Assembly (NCBI GenBank): GCA_021774575.1
Contig: JAJFIX010000045.1
Location: 142,561 to 206,560, forward strand
Direction of reading: 5' to 3'
Source of the DNA: Alphaproteobacteria bacterium
GTDB taxonomy: Bacteria > Pseudomonadota > Alphaproteobacteria > UBA6615
DNA: 64,000 nt
A program made the position numbers and the translations under genes. The notes under the pieces were generated by a model. It was not told the DNA's origin and ran no database searches. It saw only the letters and a list, made by a program, of their open reading frames with translations. Positions 47,655 through 59,066 of this stretch are shown in pieces; position 1 is the first letter of the stretch; every line of letters starts with the position of its first letter.

Positions 47655-49469
47655 ATGACGCTAAATAAAACCGTTGAGCAAGTTACCGACCGCATTCGAA
47701 CCCGGTCGCGAGATCGGCGTTCCGAGTATCTCGAACGAGTAGAGGCTGCAATCAACGACGGCCCGAGGCGTGCAGAACTTTCCTGCAGCAATCTGGCCCA
47801 TGCCTGCGCCGCGATGCCCGACAGCGACAAATCCGACCTGAAGGGTAATCAAGCCCCCAATCTGGCCATCATAACTGCCTATAATGATATGTTGTCGGCT
47901 CATCAGCCATTTGAAAGTTATCCGAGTAGGATCAGGGACGTCGCTCGCGCCACCGGTGGCACGGCCCAGGTTGCGTCCGGAGTGCCGGCAATGTGCGACG
48001 GCGTTACCCAGGGTCAACCGGGCATGGATCTATCGCTGTTTTCGCGCGATGTGATCGCCATGTCGACGGCGGTCGGCTTGTCGCACAATGTCTATGATGC
48101 GGCCCTCTATCTTGGCATTTGCGATAAAATCGTACCGGGGCTGATGATTGGCGCACTGACATTCGGCCATCTACCGGCGATCTTTGTGCCAGCAGGCCCA
48201 ATGGTTTCGGGCTTGCCGAATGACGAAAAAAACATGGCCCGCCAGCTTTACGCGGAAGGCAAAATTGGGCGCGCCGAATTACTGGACGCCGAGAGCCAAT
48301 CGTATCACGCACCGGGCACCTGCACATTTTATGGCACCGCCAATTCCAATCAAATGCTGATGGAAATTATGGGCCTGCACCTGCCCGGTGCTAGTTTTAT
48401 CAATCCTAACACGCCGCTTCGCGACGCCTTGACGACGAGTGCCACCCGGCGCGCCCTCGCTATTACTGCCTTGGGTAATGAGTTCACGCCGATTGCAAAA
48501 ATAGTCGACGAACGCGTTTTGGTGAACGGCATCGTCGGGCTGCATGCGACCGGCGGATCTACAAACCTGACATTGCATTTAGTCGCGATTGCCAGGGCTG
48601 CAGGTATCGAAATCAGTTGGGATGATTTTGCCGACCTTTCCGGAGTGGTGCCCTTATTGACCCGGATCTATCCAAATGGTCCTGCCGACGTTAACCGCTT
48701 TCAAGCTGCTGGTGGTATGAGTGTGCTAATCAGCGAATTACTTACCGACAGTCTGTTGCATGAAGACGTGCAAACTGTGTTCGGCCCAGGCCTGGCCGCC
48801 TATACAAAAGAGCCAAAACTCGATGACGCGGGCGACACCACTTGGTCACCGGGGCCGCAGAAAAGTCTGGACCCACAAATCATTGCCAGCGCTATGCTGC
48901 CCCATTCGCCCAATGGCGGCCTGCGCGTCCTGGATGGGAATCTCGGTCGGTCAGTGATCAAGGTTTCTGCTGTTAAACCGGAATTTCACCTAACCCAGGC
49001 CCCGGCGGTTATTTTTCATTCCCAAGAAGAATTTCAAAATGCCTTTGAGGCAGGTAAGCTCGACCGTGACTTCGTCGCCGTCATGCGCTTTCAAGGACCA
49101 AAAGCCTGCGGCATGCCAGAACTACATAAACTGACCCCCCCATTGGGGGTGCTGCAAGATAAAGGGTTCAAGGTTGCGCTGATCACCGACGGGCGGATGT
49201 CGGGTGCATCGGGAAAAATTCCAGCTGCTATTCACCTCACACCGGAAGCCGTTGACGGCGGACCGATTGCCAAATTGCGAGACGGGGATTTAATTCGCCT
49301 CGATGCAGACGCAGGAACTCTTGAAGTTCTCATTGAGGATAGTATATGGAATGAGCGCCAGCTGGCATCGGCCGATCTATCGGCGTCCCGTTCCGGAATC
49401 GGGCGCGAACTATTCTCCGTGTTTAGAGCCCAAGTTGGATCCGCCGAAACCGGCGCCTCCGTTTTTTAA
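47655..49469 (+). CDS. edd: Phosphogluconate dehydratase
   Basis: 604 aa IlvD/EDD family protein with the Edd-type N-terminus and CDKIVPG. Confidence 0.9.
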   Translation: MTLNKTVEQVTDRIRTRSRDRRSEYLERVEAAINDGPRRAELSCSNLAHACAAMPDSDKSDLKGNQAPNLAIITAYNDMLSAHQPFESYPSRIRDVARATGGTAQVASGVPAMCDGVTQGQPGMDLSLFSRDVIAMSTAVGLSHNVYDAALYLGICDKIVPGLMIGALTFGHLPAIFVPAGPMVSGLPNDEKNMARQLYAEGKIGRAELLDAESQSYHAPGTCTFYGTANSNQMLMEIMGLHLPGASFINPNTPLRDALTTSATRRALAITALGNEFTPIAKIVDERVLVNGIVGLHATGGSTNLTLHLVAIARAAGIEISWDDFADLSGVVPLLTRIYPNGPADVNRFQAAGGMSVLISELLTDSLLHEDVQTVFGPGLAAYTKEPKLDDAGDTTWSPGPQKSLDPQIIASAMLPHSPNGGLRVLDGNLGRSVIKVSAVKPEFHLTQAPAVIFHSQEEFQNAFEAGKLDRDFVAVMRFQGPKACGMPELHKLTPPLGVLQDKGFKVALITDGRMSGASGKIPAAIHLTPEAVDGGPIAKLRDGDLIRLDADAGTLEVLIEDSIWNERQLASADLSASRSGIGRELFSVFRAQVGSAETGASVF

Positions 49470-49480
49470 GGATCACCAAA

Positions 49481-50122
49481 TTGACCAGCTCCAAATTCGA
49501 TAAGCTAGAAACCCTGCTTAATGCTGCTCCGGTGGTGCCGGTCATCGTCGTCGAAAATGCTTCGGACGCTGTCCCCCTTGCCCGTGCTTTGGTTGCTGGA
49601 GGATTACCGGCGATCGAAATCACATTGAGAACGCCGGCAGCCCTCGACGCGATTACCGCGGTTCGCAACGAAGTAGAGGGCGCCTATGTCGGGGCCGGAA
49701 CGGTTCTGACGAGAGAACAGGTTTTATTGGTCGAACAGGCCGGGTGCGATTTTGCCGTTACCCCGGGCGTTTCCCCCGCTCTGCTCAGTTCAATCGATGA
49801 CAGCAGCGTCCCCTACTTGCCCGGCTGCGCGACAGCGTCGGAAGCGATGAGCCTTACCGAGCGCGGATATCGGTATATAAAATTTTTCCCGGCAGCGGCG
49901 GCCGGTGGCATCGCCTATTTGAAATCCCTCTCCGGCCCGCTCCCTGGCATCAAATTTTGTCCAACCGGTGGCATCAGTCTGGCGAACGCCGTTGACTATT
50001 TGTCGCTGCCCAACGTCCAATGCGTGGGCGGATCATGGGTCGCCCCGCCTGCCTTAATCGGGTCTCAATCTTGGGCCGAAATCCAGAAATTGGCCGAAGA
50101 AGCGCGCGCGCTGAAATTCTAA
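49481..50122 (+). CDS. eda: KDPG/KHG aldolase
   Basis: 213 aa, Eda family (PVIVV...AIEITLRTP..., FCPTGG). Confidence 0.9.
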   Translation: MTSSKFDKLETLLNAAPVVPVIVVENASDAVPLARALVAGGLPAIEITLRTPAALDAITAVRNEVEGAYVGAGTVLTREQVLLVEQAGCDFAVTPGVSPALLSSIDDSSVPYLPGCATASEAMSLTERGYRYIKFFPAAAAGGIAYLKSLSGPLPGIKFCPTGGISLANAVDYLSLPNVQCVGGSWVAPPALIGSQSWAEIQKLAEEARALKF

Positions 50123-50144
50123 CCCAATAGCGGAAAATCCAAGG

Positions 50145-51107
50145 ATGCCCGAAAAAACTTCAAATAATTCTGTTGGAAGGGGGGCCGGATTTGCGCTGCT
50201 GGCATTCGGCGCCTTTGCGACCCATGACGCCATCGTGAAAACTTTGGGCGAATCATATTCGGTATTTCAGATTATATTCTTTTCGATTTTGTTCGGCTTT
50301 GTGCCAGTCGTGCTTATGGTCATGGCGGATAAGTCGGAGGCAAATCTGCGCCCGCATAATCCGTTGATGGTCGCGGGTCGCGCCGCCACAATGTTGGTTT
50401 CGATGATATGTGCATTTTACGCGTTCACCGTACTGCCACTCGCAGAAACCTATGCGCTGCTGTTTGCGACGCCATTGTTGATTACAATTTTATCGGTACC
50501 TCTGCTCGGTGAAGAGGTGCGGTTGCGCCGTTGGATCGCTGTCATAATCGGTTTAATCGGCGTGGCGATTGTGCTGCGCCCCGGCGTCACGCCGATCAGC
50601 CTGGGCCATATCGCCGCGCTGGCGGCGGCGATATCGAGTGCTCTATCCTCGATTATCGTGCGGCGAATTGGGTCATCGGAGCGCAGCGCGGTGCTGATCC
50701 TGTATCCGATGCTGGCCAATATGCTGATTATGGCGATGATCCTCCCCTGGACTTATCGACCCATGCCCGTGACCGATCTCGGCCTCACAGCATCAATTGG
50801 TATTTTGATGGCCGTCGCCCAGTTTTTGGTCATCGCCGCCTATCGGCGCGCGCCCGCTGCCGTCGTCGCACCGTTTCAATATTCACAAATCGTTTGGGCC
50901 ATTCCCTTTGGCATCATTCTGTTCGGCGACACACCCGACATCTGGGTCGGCGTGGGTGCCCTAACCATTGTTGCCAGTGGTCTGTTCGTTGTCTGGCGCG
51001 AAACCCGCCACGGCGTTTCGGAAACGAGCCCGGTCCTTAGTCGTCAAAATTACCGGCCCGACACCGGCCCGGTTCCACGATTCAGGCGCAATACCAAACG
51101 GCACTAA
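50145..51107 (+). CDS. DMT-superfamily (EamA) transporter
   Basis: 320 aa, about 10 TM segments, duplicated EamA halves. Confidence 0.75.
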   Translation: MPEKTSNNSVGRGAGFALLAFGAFATHDAIVKTLGESYSVFQIIFFSILFGFVPVVLMVMADKSEANLRPHNPLMVAGRAATMLVSMICAFYAFTVLPLAETYALLFATPLLITILSVPLLGEEVRLRRWIAVIIGLIGVAIVLRPGVTPISLGHIAALAAAISSALSSIIVRRIGSSERSAVLILYPMLANMLIMAMILPWTYRPMPVTDLGLTASIGILMAVAQFLVIAAYRRAPAAVVAPFQYSQIVWAIPFGIILFGDTPDIWVGVGALTIVASGLFVVWRETRHGVSETSPVLSRQNYRPDTGPVPRFRRNTKRH

Positions 51108-51116
51108 GGACGGTAA

Positions 51117-51902
51117 TTATTCTTCGGCACCAAGTATGTTTTGGTCGAGATCAATTATCGCTCCGGTCATGATGCCCGATTGCGGACTAAGCAAAAAGAG
51201 AGAGAGGGAAGCGGCATCAGAGGGTTTGACCAACCGGCCGAAAGGCTGCTCGTCCTCCGCCAGCTCAAGCCAATTCTCCGGCTGCCCCATCGCGAGCTGA
51301 ACTTTATGTTCGTTTGGCGTGTCGGTCCATCCGAGATTAATCCCATTTACCCGTATTCGATCTTGACGCAAGGAGTGTGCCGTATTGCGCGTTAACGTCA
51401 TTAGCGCACCCTTCGATGTACTGTAGGCGGTGAGGAAATCGGGACCACATACTGCCGATACCGAAAGTATATTGACGATACTGCCCTCAATTTTCTCGCG
51501 CTTCATCAATCGTTGAGCGTCCTGAGTAATGATAAAAGGCGCGCGCACATTAACCGCGAAAATGAAGTCCCACAGCTCAACGCTGGTGTCGTCGATCGTG
51601 CCCCGGTTGGTCGCACCGGCGGCGTTTACCACCCCGTCGAGCCGACCAAACTCTCGGTCGGCCGCAGCGACAAGCCCCCGGCACGCATCGGCGGAGGAGA
51701 GGTCGGCGGCAACCAAATGCGTTGGGCAACCGGCGTCACTTAACTCTCTCGCGACCTGCCCGCCACGCTCGCTATTTCGTCCGCCAATGATCAACCCCTG
51801 CGCTCCAGCCCGGGCGCAGGCGCGGGCTACAGCCTCGCCAACCCCCTGGGTTCCGCCGGTTATCAATATAACTTTACCGTTCAAGTCTCGCTCGCTCATC
51901 AA
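51117..51902 (-). CDS. SDR-family oxidoreductase
   Basis: TGGTQGVG, NAAG, YSTSKGAL. Confidence 0.8.
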   Translation of the reverse strand: MMSERDLNGKVILITGGTQGVGEAVARACARAGAQGLIIGGRNSERGGQVARELSDAGCPTHLVAADLSSADACRGLVAAADREFGRLDGVVNAAGATNRGTIDDTSVELWDFIFAVNVRAPFIITQDAQRLMKREKIEGSIVNILSVSAVCGPDFLTAYSTSKGALMTLTRNTAHSLRQDRIRVNGINLGWTDTPNEHKVQLAMGQPENWLELAEDEQPFGRLVKPSDAASLSLFLLSPQSGIMTGAIIDLDQNILGAEE

Positions 51903-51986
51903 CTAGACCACCATCTTAAAAATTTTGGAGATGGGTTGATTTGCCACCTCAACCATCCGATAGGCAAGGCAAAACATTTTGCAGCG

Positions 51987-52985
51987 CTAGGATATGTTCT
52001 CACGCAGATGTATCGATATCGGCGTTCGCATTGGCGCCTTTGTCTGACCCAACCGGCCAAACTCAGCAAGACAGGCTTCCATTACGGCAACCGCTTGCCC
52101 ATGCCGGTCTTGGTCTATCACCGCATCGATTTCGCCGTTTATCAGAAGATCTCGTCTTTCAGGTGTAAGTTCATGGGTAATGACAACCATGTCCGAGCGC
52201 CCCGCATAGGACAAAGCCTGGGCGAGTTGAACGCTGCCAAACGTCGTGTGGTAGATCCCCGTGATTTGCGGGTTTTTGTACAAAGCCTCTGCAACCAGAG
52301 ATTTGATTTGATCTTTCTGATCGTGACTTTCAATCACCTCGACAATTCGGCAATTGTTGAACCGTGCCTGGGTGACAGCGCGAAACCCTTTTTCCCGCTC
52401 TTCTTGACCAAGCATCGAGAGCAAGCCGGCAACCAGCAGAACATCTCCACCGCTGGGGCCTAGAAACCGCCCCATCAACTCACCGGCGACGCGGCCCGCC
52501 GCCAAATCGTCCGCGCCGATATATTGCCAACGGCGACTGGCGGGCAAATCGGTATTGAGGGTTATGACCTTGGTTGTTTTTGCTGCCTCATTGATCGCGT
52601 CGACAATTTGCACTTGGTTCGGCGCGACGACGACGAGAAAGTCGGCATGCGCCGATGCCTCGCCAATAATCTCCACAAGGTCATTCGGCCGCCGGACATC
52701 GTAGAAATGAAAACCGCAGGCGACATTATGCAGACGGTAAACCTCATTGGCGTGCAAGAACGCTTTGTGCAGGTCGCTAAAATATGAGTTTTGCGCCGGG
52801 TCGGGCATCAAAATTTGAAGGCGCAATATTCGTGTCGGGCGTATCGCAAGCGCGCGATCCAGGTTTTGCCGCCTTGCTTCGGCTAGGACGCGCTGCTCCA
52901 ACCCCGGCTCAACCCCGCCACGGCCATTAATCACCCGGTCGACGGTCTTGAGACTAACCCCAACCGCCTCGGCGACATCCGCCAT
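51987..52985 (-). CDS. LacI-family transcriptional regulator (candidate regulator of the inositol operon)
   Basis: Start at MADVAEAVGVSLKTVDRVINGRGGV (HTH). The ORF-track extension to 53354 runs into the divergent promoter. Confidence 0.8.
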   Translation of the reverse strand: MADVAEAVGVSLKTVDRVINGRGGVEPGLEQRVLAEARRQNLDRALAIRPTRILRLQILMPDPAQNSYFSDLHKAFLHANEVYRLHNVACGFHFYDVRRPNDLVEIIGEASAHADFLVVVAPNQVQIVDAINEAAKTTKVITLNTDLPASRRWQYIGADDLAAGRVAGELMGRFLGPSGGDVLLVAGLLSMLGQEEREKGFRAVTQARFNNCRIVEVIESHDQKDQIKSLVAEALYKNPQITGIYHTTFGSVQLAQALSYAGRSDMVVITHELTPERRDLLINGEIDAVIDQDRHGQAVAVMEACLAEFGRLGQTKAPMRTPISIHLRENIS

Positions 52986-53132
52986 TGTCGTTTTCACGTT
53001 CGCCACCCCCAAATTGACGGTATCCCGCCAAGAAAGTCGTTTATTAATCATATAGTCCGACGTAAGCTCCGCGCCAGTAGAACTCATACAGAATGGAATG
53101 AACCCGATGTTTTCCCGAATGGCCCGCTCATC

Positions 53133-54149
53133 ATGACCGGCATCGCAATTTTTGGCGCGGGGCGTATCGCCAAGGTTCATGCGCAATCGGTAGCCGATAT
53201 CGGCGCCAATTTGGTCGCTGTTTACGATATCGTACCCGAAGCGGCGCAAACCCTCGCGGCCCAATACGGCGCAAAGGCCGCCGGGTCGCCGAATGAGGCC
53301 ATTAGCCATCCCGACGTCGACGCCGTGATCATCGCGGCGTCTTCGGATGTGCATGTCGAATTATGCCTCGAAGTCGTAAAGGCCGGCAAAAGGGTGATGT
53401 GCGAAAAACCGCTGGCACCAAGCTTGAAAGAAGCCCACGCCTGCGTGACCCAGCTGGGCGATAAAGCCGGTGACGTATTTTTGGCCTTCAACCGCCGTTT
53501 CGATCATGGCCATGCGCGGCTGGAATCCGGCGTTCGGTCGGGCGATATCGGCAATCTCGAACAGCTCATCATTACCAGCCGCGACCCCTATCCGCCGCCG
53601 ATGGATTATATACCAAAGTCGGGCGGGCTGTTTCGCGATATGATGGTGCATGATTTTGATATGGCACGCTGGTTGCTTGCCGAAGAACCGATGCGGCTAT
53701 TTGCGCAAGGGGCTTGTGTCGTTGACCCGCAAATCGGCAAGATGGGGGATATCGATAGTGCCGTCGTCACCATGTCGACACCAAGCGGCAAGCAGGCGGT
53801 GATCACCAACTCTCGCCGGGCGACATACGGATACGATCAGCGCATCGAAGCCTTTGGTTCCCGGGGCATGATCATTTCCGATAATCAGCCGGCGACTGGT
53901 GTCAAAACATTCACTGGAGCAGCATATGCTGCTTGCGAACCGATCCCGGAATTTTTCATGGATCGCTACGCCGCCAGCTACCGCAAAGAGATTGAGCGTT
54001 TCATCGACTGCGTTCGCTCAGGTCAAAACGCACCGGTATCAGCCCTGGATGGCCTGCACGCCGCCTATCTAGCCGAGGCCGCGATGGCGTCATTGAAGAG
54101 CGGGCAACCGGTCGAACTTGACGAGAACTGCGACGCTACATGGACGTAG
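53133..54149 (+). CDS. iolG: myo-Inositol 2-dehydrogenase (Gfo/Idh/MocA)
   Basis: 338 aa; IAIFGAGRIAKVH, EKPLA. Context with iolCDEB. Confidence 0.8.
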   Translation: MTGIAIFGAGRIAKVHAQSVADIGANLVAVYDIVPEAAQTLAAQYGAKAAGSPNEAISHPDVDAVIIAASSDVHVELCLEVVKAGKRVMCEKPLAPSLKEAHACVTQLGDKAGDVFLAFNRRFDHGHARLESGVRSGDIGNLEQLIITSRDPYPPPMDYIPKSGGLFRDMMVHDFDMARWLLAEEPMRLFAQGACVVDPQIGKMGDIDSAVVTMSTPSGKQAVITNSRRATYGYDQRIEAFGSRGMIISDNQPATGVKTFTGAAYAACEPIPEFFMDRYAASYRKEIERFIDCVRSGQNAPVSALDGLHAAYLAEAAMASLKSGQPVELDENCDATWT

Positions 54150-55291
54150 ATCAAAACGTAAAAAAAGTCGGTGTCGGTCTGATCGGCGCCGGTTGGATGG
54201 GCCAGGCCCATGCGACGGCTTTTCGAAATGCCGCCATGTTTTTTGGCGCGTCCGGGGTAAAAGCTGACCTTGTGACCGTTGCCGATATCAATATGGCCGC
54301 CGCACAAAAGCTGGCCGGAGATTTCCGATTTACCGATAGTGCAGACGACTGGCGCAAAGTAGTCAACGACCCCCGCGTTCAGCTGATCGATATCACGACG
54401 CCGAACCATGCCCATGCAGAAATTGCCATTGCCGCCGCAAAAGCGGGCAAGCATGTCTATTGCGAAAAACCGATGGCGCTGACCGTTGAGGATTCAGCCG
54501 CCATGGCCGATCAGGCCAAAGCCAGCGATGTGATCACTTTGGTCGGGTATAACTATTTAAAAAACCCAACCCAGGCCTATGCCAAATCCCTCATTGACGC
54601 TGGTGAACTGGGTGAGATCACCTCGTTTAGAGGCACCTTCGACCAGGACCTCATGGCGGACCCGACGGTGCCCCATAGTTGGCGACATATTAGAGCAGCG
54701 GCAGGTTCGGGCGCGCTCGGTGATCTCGCAACCCATACGTTGGCTTTTTCACAGTTCTTGGTCGGTGATATCGCCGAGACCTGCGGGCTGGCCGAGACCT
54801 TTATCAAACAGCGTTCGGATGAGAGAACGGGCACGCTTCGCGATGTCGAAAATGATGATGTGGTGCATTTCATCATGCGCTACGCCAATGGCGCGCTTGG
54901 GGAAATAGCCTCCAGCCGCATCGGAATGGGGCGCCGGCTCGGCCTGGGTTATGAGATACAGGGAACAAAGGGCGCGCTCTTTTTTACCCAGGAACGGATG
55001 AACGAGCTTCAGTTTTACGACACCGGCTTGGCCAACGGCGATCGTGGCTATCGAACGATTTATGCCGGACCCGGTCATGGCGCTTATGGAGCTTTCCATC
55101 CAATCCCCGGCATCGGGCTGGGCTATAACGACCAAAAAATTATCGAGGCCCAGGATATTTTAGTCGCCGTGTCGAGCGGGACGCCGGTGCAGCCGGATTT
55201 TGAATTCGGGCACAAGGTCAGTGTCGCCGTTGCGGCAGTGGAAAAATCCATCGCCGAGCATCGATGGGTCGAAATCGGTGAATTCAAGTAG
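54140..55291 (+). CDS. Gfo/Idh/MocA-family oxidoreductase (candidate second inositol/inosose dehydrogenase)
   Basis: 383 aa; VGLIGAGWMGQAH, EKPMALT. Confidence 0.75.
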   Translation: MDVDQNVKKVGVGLIGAGWMGQAHATAFRNAAMFFGASGVKADLVTVADINMAAAQKLAGDFRFTDSADDWRKVVNDPRVQLIDITTPNHAHAEIAIAAAKAGKHVYCEKPMALTVEDSAAMADQAKASDVITLVGYNYLKNPTQAYAKSLIDAGELGEITSFRGTFDQDLMADPTVPHSWRHIRAAAGSGALGDLATHTLAFSQFLVGDIAETCGLAETFIKQRSDERTGTLRDVENDDVVHFIMRYANGALGEIASSRIGMGRRLGLGYEIQGTKGALFFTQERMNELQFYDTGLANGDRGYRTIYAGPGHGAYGAFHPIPGIGLGYNDQKIIEAQDILVAVSSGTPVQPDFEFGHKVSVAVAAVEKSIAEHRWVEIGEFK

Positions 55292-55300
55292 TGGATCGAT

Positions 55301-57226
55301 ATGAAAGATCTTGACGTCATTACGATTGGCCGCTCTTCGGTCGATCTTTACGGAATGCAGGTCGGCGGCCGCCTGGAAGACATGAATTCCTTCCGGAAAT
55401 ATGTCGGCGGCTCACCAACCAATATTGCCGTCGGCGCCGCGCGGCTGGGATTGAAATCAGCCCTAATATCCCGGGTCGGCGACGAACATATGGGCCGCTT
55501 CATCCGCGAACAACTAGTTGCCGAAGGCGTCGACGTCGAAGGGCTGGTCACCGATACCGACCGGTTGACGGCTCTGGTCATTCTTGGCATTCGCGACCGC
55601 GAGCAATTTCCGTTGATATTTTACCGTGAAGACTGCGCCGATATGGCGCTATCGGAAGCTGACATCGACCCGGAATTTATTGCCAGGTCCGGGTGCATTA
55701 CGGTGACCGGGACCCATCTCTCCAATCCAAAAACCGAAGCCGCGGTGCTGAAGGCTATTTCTCTGGCACGCTATAATGGCGCGCGCACGGCGTTGGACAT
55801 TGACTATCGCCCGAACCTTTGGGGTTTGGCGGGACATCAGGATGGCGAAGAACGGTTCATCAAGTCCAATGACGTTACGAAAAAATTGCTCTCCACGCTG
55901 CACCTATTTGACCTCATCGTCGGGACAGAAGAGGAATTTCATATTGCCGGTGGCTCGACGAATACCCTGACTGCCCTGGCAAATGTCAGAGCAACAAGTG
56001 ACGCTATCTTGGTTTGCAAGCGTGGCCCGATGGGCGCCTCCTTATTTGACGGCGAAATTCCCCCGTCCCTTGATGACGGGCAAACCGGTCCGGGATTTCC
56101 GATAGAAGTCTTTAATGTGCTGGGCGCCGGTGACGGCTTCATGGCGGGGCTATTGCTCGGTTGGTTGCGCGACGAAACTTGGGACAAAGCGCTCACCTAC
56201 GCAAATGCTTGTGGCGCACTGGCCGTCTCGCGCCACGGCTGTGCACCGGCCTATCCGAGCTGGGACGAGCTGGACTGGTTTCTGGAAAAAGGATCGGGCC
56301 ACCGGGCATTGCGTGAAGATGCCGCCCTTGAGCATGTTCACTGGGCGACCAATCGAAAACAGAGTTGGCCCGAACTCAAAGTATTCGCCTTCGATCATCG
56401 CGCTCAATTGGAAGACATGGCCGACGCGGCCGGGGCTGATCACGGGCGAATAGACGACTTCAAATCCCTTTGCCTGCGCGCCACCCTGTCTGTCGCTGGT
56501 GACAACGATGGATATGGAATTCTCTGCGACGGACGCCTTGGCAGTGACGCTCTCTTCAAGGCGGCTGGATCCGGCTTGTGGATTGGCCGCCCCGTCGAAA
56601 CGCCGGGCTCACGGCCTTTGACGTTGGAAATTGGGCCTGACTATGGATCGGATTTGGCCGAATGGCCCGGCGAACATGTGGTCAAAGTACTATGCTTTTA
56701 CCACCCGGACGACGACGCCCAAATGCGGACGTCACAGGAAGAGACGATCATTCGATTGGCCGATGGGGCGCGTGCCAACGGCCTCGAATTTTTGCTCGAA
56801 ATCATTCCGTCAAAGGCGGGGGAGATCGAAGACGATACGACGGCGCGGGCCATTCAGCGATTTTACGATATTGGCATTCGGCCCGATTGGTGGAAACTTG
56901 AGCCGATGCTGTCAACCGCCGCCTGGACGCTAACTTGCGAGGCAATTTCGGCAAACGATCCCTGGTGCCGGGGCATTGTGGTGCTTGGCCTCGACAAGCC
57001 CGAAGCCGAACTCGCCGCGAGCTTTGCCGTTGCGGCCCAGTATGAACAGGTCAAAGGCTTTGCTGTCGGTCGCACAATTTTCGGCGATGTCGCGCGGCGC
57101 TGGTTTAAGGGTGAACTGGATGACGACGCAGCGATTGGCGAAATGAGCACACGGTTTCGACGTCTCTGTGACATCTGGTCGACGGCGCGAACCGGCACAC
57201 GAACCGGAAATGGAGGACAATCATGA
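55301..57226 (+). CDS. iolC: 5-dehydro-2-deoxygluconokinase fused to a C-terminal DUF2090-like domain (long IolC form)
   Basis: N-terminal PfkB domain (LDVITIGRSSVDLYG, GAGDGFMAG). About 330 extra C-terminal residues, as in the alphaproteobacterial long IolC. Confidence 0.8.
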   Translation: MKDLDVITIGRSSVDLYGMQVGGRLEDMNSFRKYVGGSPTNIAVGAARLGLKSALISRVGDEHMGRFIREQLVAEGVDVEGLVTDTDRLTALVILGIRDREQFPLIFYREDCADMALSEADIDPEFIARSGCITVTGTHLSNPKTEAAVLKAISLARYNGARTALDIDYRPNLWGLAGHQDGEERFIKSNDVTKKLLSTLHLFDLIVGTEEEFHIAGGSTNTLTALANVRATSDAILVCKRGPMGASLFDGEIPPSLDDGQTGPGFPIEVFNVLGAGDGFMAGLLLGWLRDETWDKALTYANACGALAVSRHGCAPAYPSWDELDWFLEKGSGHRALREDAALEHVHWATNRKQSWPELKVFAFDHRAQLEDMADAAGADHGRIDDFKSLCLRATLSVAGDNDGYGILCDGRLGSDALFKAAGSGLWIGRPVETPGSRPLTLEIGPDYGSDLAEWPGEHVVKVLCFYHPDDDAQMRTSQEETIIRLADGARANGLEFLLEIIPSKAGEIEDDTTARAIQRFYDIGIRPDWWKLEPMLSTAAWTLTCEAISANDPWCRGIVVLGLDKPEAELAASFAVAAQYEQVKGFAVGRTIFGDVARRWFKGELDDDAAIGEMSTRFRRLCDIWSTARTGTRTGNGGQS

Positions 57227-59061
57227 CCACGGTCCGACTGACGGCATCCCAAGCCCTGGTACGATTTCTGTTGGCCCAGGAATGCGCGCCCGGCGTGCCG
57301 TTCATTGCCGGTGTGTGGGCCATATTCGGCCATGGTAACGTCGCGGGCCTCGGCGAGGCCCTTTATGGCGTGCGCGATGACCTGCCGACTTGGCGTGGTC
57401 ATAATGAGCAGGGTATGGCCCTCGCGGCGATCGCCTATACCAAGGCAAGCGACCGGAAACGCGCGATGGCGGTGACGACATCAATCGGACCGGGGGCGAC
57501 CAACATGGTCACAGCCGCAGCCTTGGCCCATGTAAATCGGCTGCCGGTCTTGTTGTTGCCGGGCGACGTATTTGCCAGCCGCGCACCCGACCCTGTCCTG
57601 CAACAGATTGAAGATTTCGGCGATGGCACGGTCAGCGCCAATGATTGTTTCAAGCCGGTCAGCCGTTATTTCGACCGGATTACACGGCCCGAGCAACTTT
57701 TAACGGCTCTGCCGAGAGCGATTTCGGTTCTGACCGACCCGGCTGAATGCGGACCGGTAACCCTTGCATTGTGCCAGGACGTGCAGGCCGAGGCCTTCGA
57801 CTGGCCGGAAACCTTTTTTGCCAAACGCCTGATCACAACTCGCCGTCCGCGCCCCGATAGTGAAGAATTGCTGGCGGCCGAAACGCTTATACGCCAAGCC
57901 GAGAAACCACTGATTATCGCCGGTGGCGGCGTCCATTATTCCGACGCGGCGACGGCGCTCCGCCAGTTCGTCGAAGATCACAATATTCCGATTTGCGAAA
58001 CCCAGGCTGGAAAGTCCGCCCTCGCCTGGGATCATCCGCTCAATCTTGGGGCAATTGGCGTGACCGGTTCATCGGCCGCCAACGCGGCTGCCAAAGAGGC
58101 CGACCTTATCATTGCCGTTGGCACGCGACTACAGGATTTCACCACCGGATCGTGGAGTCTTTTTGGCCATGCTGAACGTCGTATCTTGCAGATAAACATT
58201 ACCAATTTCGACAGCGGCAAACATTTGGCCCAACCCCTAGTTTGCGACGCACAAATTGGTTTGCGGGAGCTAAGCACCAAGCTTGCCGACTGGCGTCGAG
58301 CCGATATCGACCCCGGCCTGAAAGCCAATTGGATCGCCGCACTCGACGCGGCAACCGCTGCCCCGCGCGCTGGCGACGCCAATTCATTGCCGACCGACGC
58401 CCAAGTGATCGGTGCGGTGCAACGCGGCCTGGATGACGATGGCGTCATCGTCTGCGCCGCCGGCGGCTTACCCGGCGAGCTGCATAAATTATGGAAGGCC
58501 GCGACCCCCAATAGTTACCATGTCGAATATGGCTATTCGTGTATGGGCTACGAGATTGCCGGCGGCTTGGGCGTGAAGATGGCGCTGCCGGACCGAGAGG
58601 TCGCGGTCATCGTCGGCGACGGCAGTTATATGATGATGAATTCCGAGCTGGCGACTTCTGTCATGCTGGGCCAGAAAATTATTGTCGTGCTGCTCGATAA
58701 CCGTGGTTACGCCTGCATCAACCGGTTGCAAATGGCGACCGGTGGCGCGAATTTCAATAACCTGCTCGACGATGCCCAGCACGCGATACCATCTCATATC
58801 GACTTTGCCGCACATGCGGGTGCCTTGGGGGCAACTTCAGAAAAAGTCGGGTCGGTGGCGGAACTCGAGGACGCAATGGGCCGGGCGAGCTCAAGCACGG
58901 GATCATATTGCATTGTCATCGACACCGATCCACTATCGAGCACCCAGGAAGGTGGCCATTGGTGGGACGTCGCGGTGCCCGAGATTTCCCAACGCGACCA
59001 GGTGAAAATCGCATATGAAGATTATATAAAGGCGCGCCGAAACCAACGCCTGGGGGACTAA
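57223..59061 (+). CDS. iolD: 3D-(3,5/4)-trihydroxycyclohexane-1,2-dione hydrolase (TPP enzyme)
   Basis: 612 aa, acetolactate-synthase-like TPP fold (GDGSYMM). Confidence 0.85.
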   Translation: MTTVRLTASQALVRFLLAQECAPGVPFIAGVWAIFGHGNVAGLGEALYGVRDDLPTWRGHNEQGMALAAIAYTKASDRKRAMAVTTSIGPGATNMVTAAALAHVNRLPVLLLPGDVFASRAPDPVLQQIEDFGDGTVSANDCFKPVSRYFDRITRPEQLLTALPRAISVLTDPAECGPVTLALCQDVQAEAFDWPETFFAKRLITTRRPRPDSEELLAAETLIRQAEKPLIIAGGGVHYSDAATALRQFVEDHNIPICETQAGKSALAWDHPLNLGAIGVTGSSAANAAAKEADLIIAVGTRLQDFTTGSWSLFGHAERRILQINITNFDSGKHLAQPLVCDAQIGLRELSTKLADWRRADIDPGLKANWIAALDAATAAPRAGDANSLPTDAQVIGAVQRGLDDDGVIVCAAGGLPGELHKLWKAATPNSYHVEYGYSCMGYEIAGGLGVKMALPDREVAVIVGDGSYMMMNSELATSVMLGQKIIVVLLDNRGYACINRLQMATGGANFNNLLDDAQHAIPSHIDFAAHAGALGATSEKVGSVAELEDAMGRASSSTGSYCIVIDTDPLSSTQEGGHWWDVAVPEISQRDQVKIAYEDYIKARRNQRLGD

Positions 59062-59066
59062 TCAAG

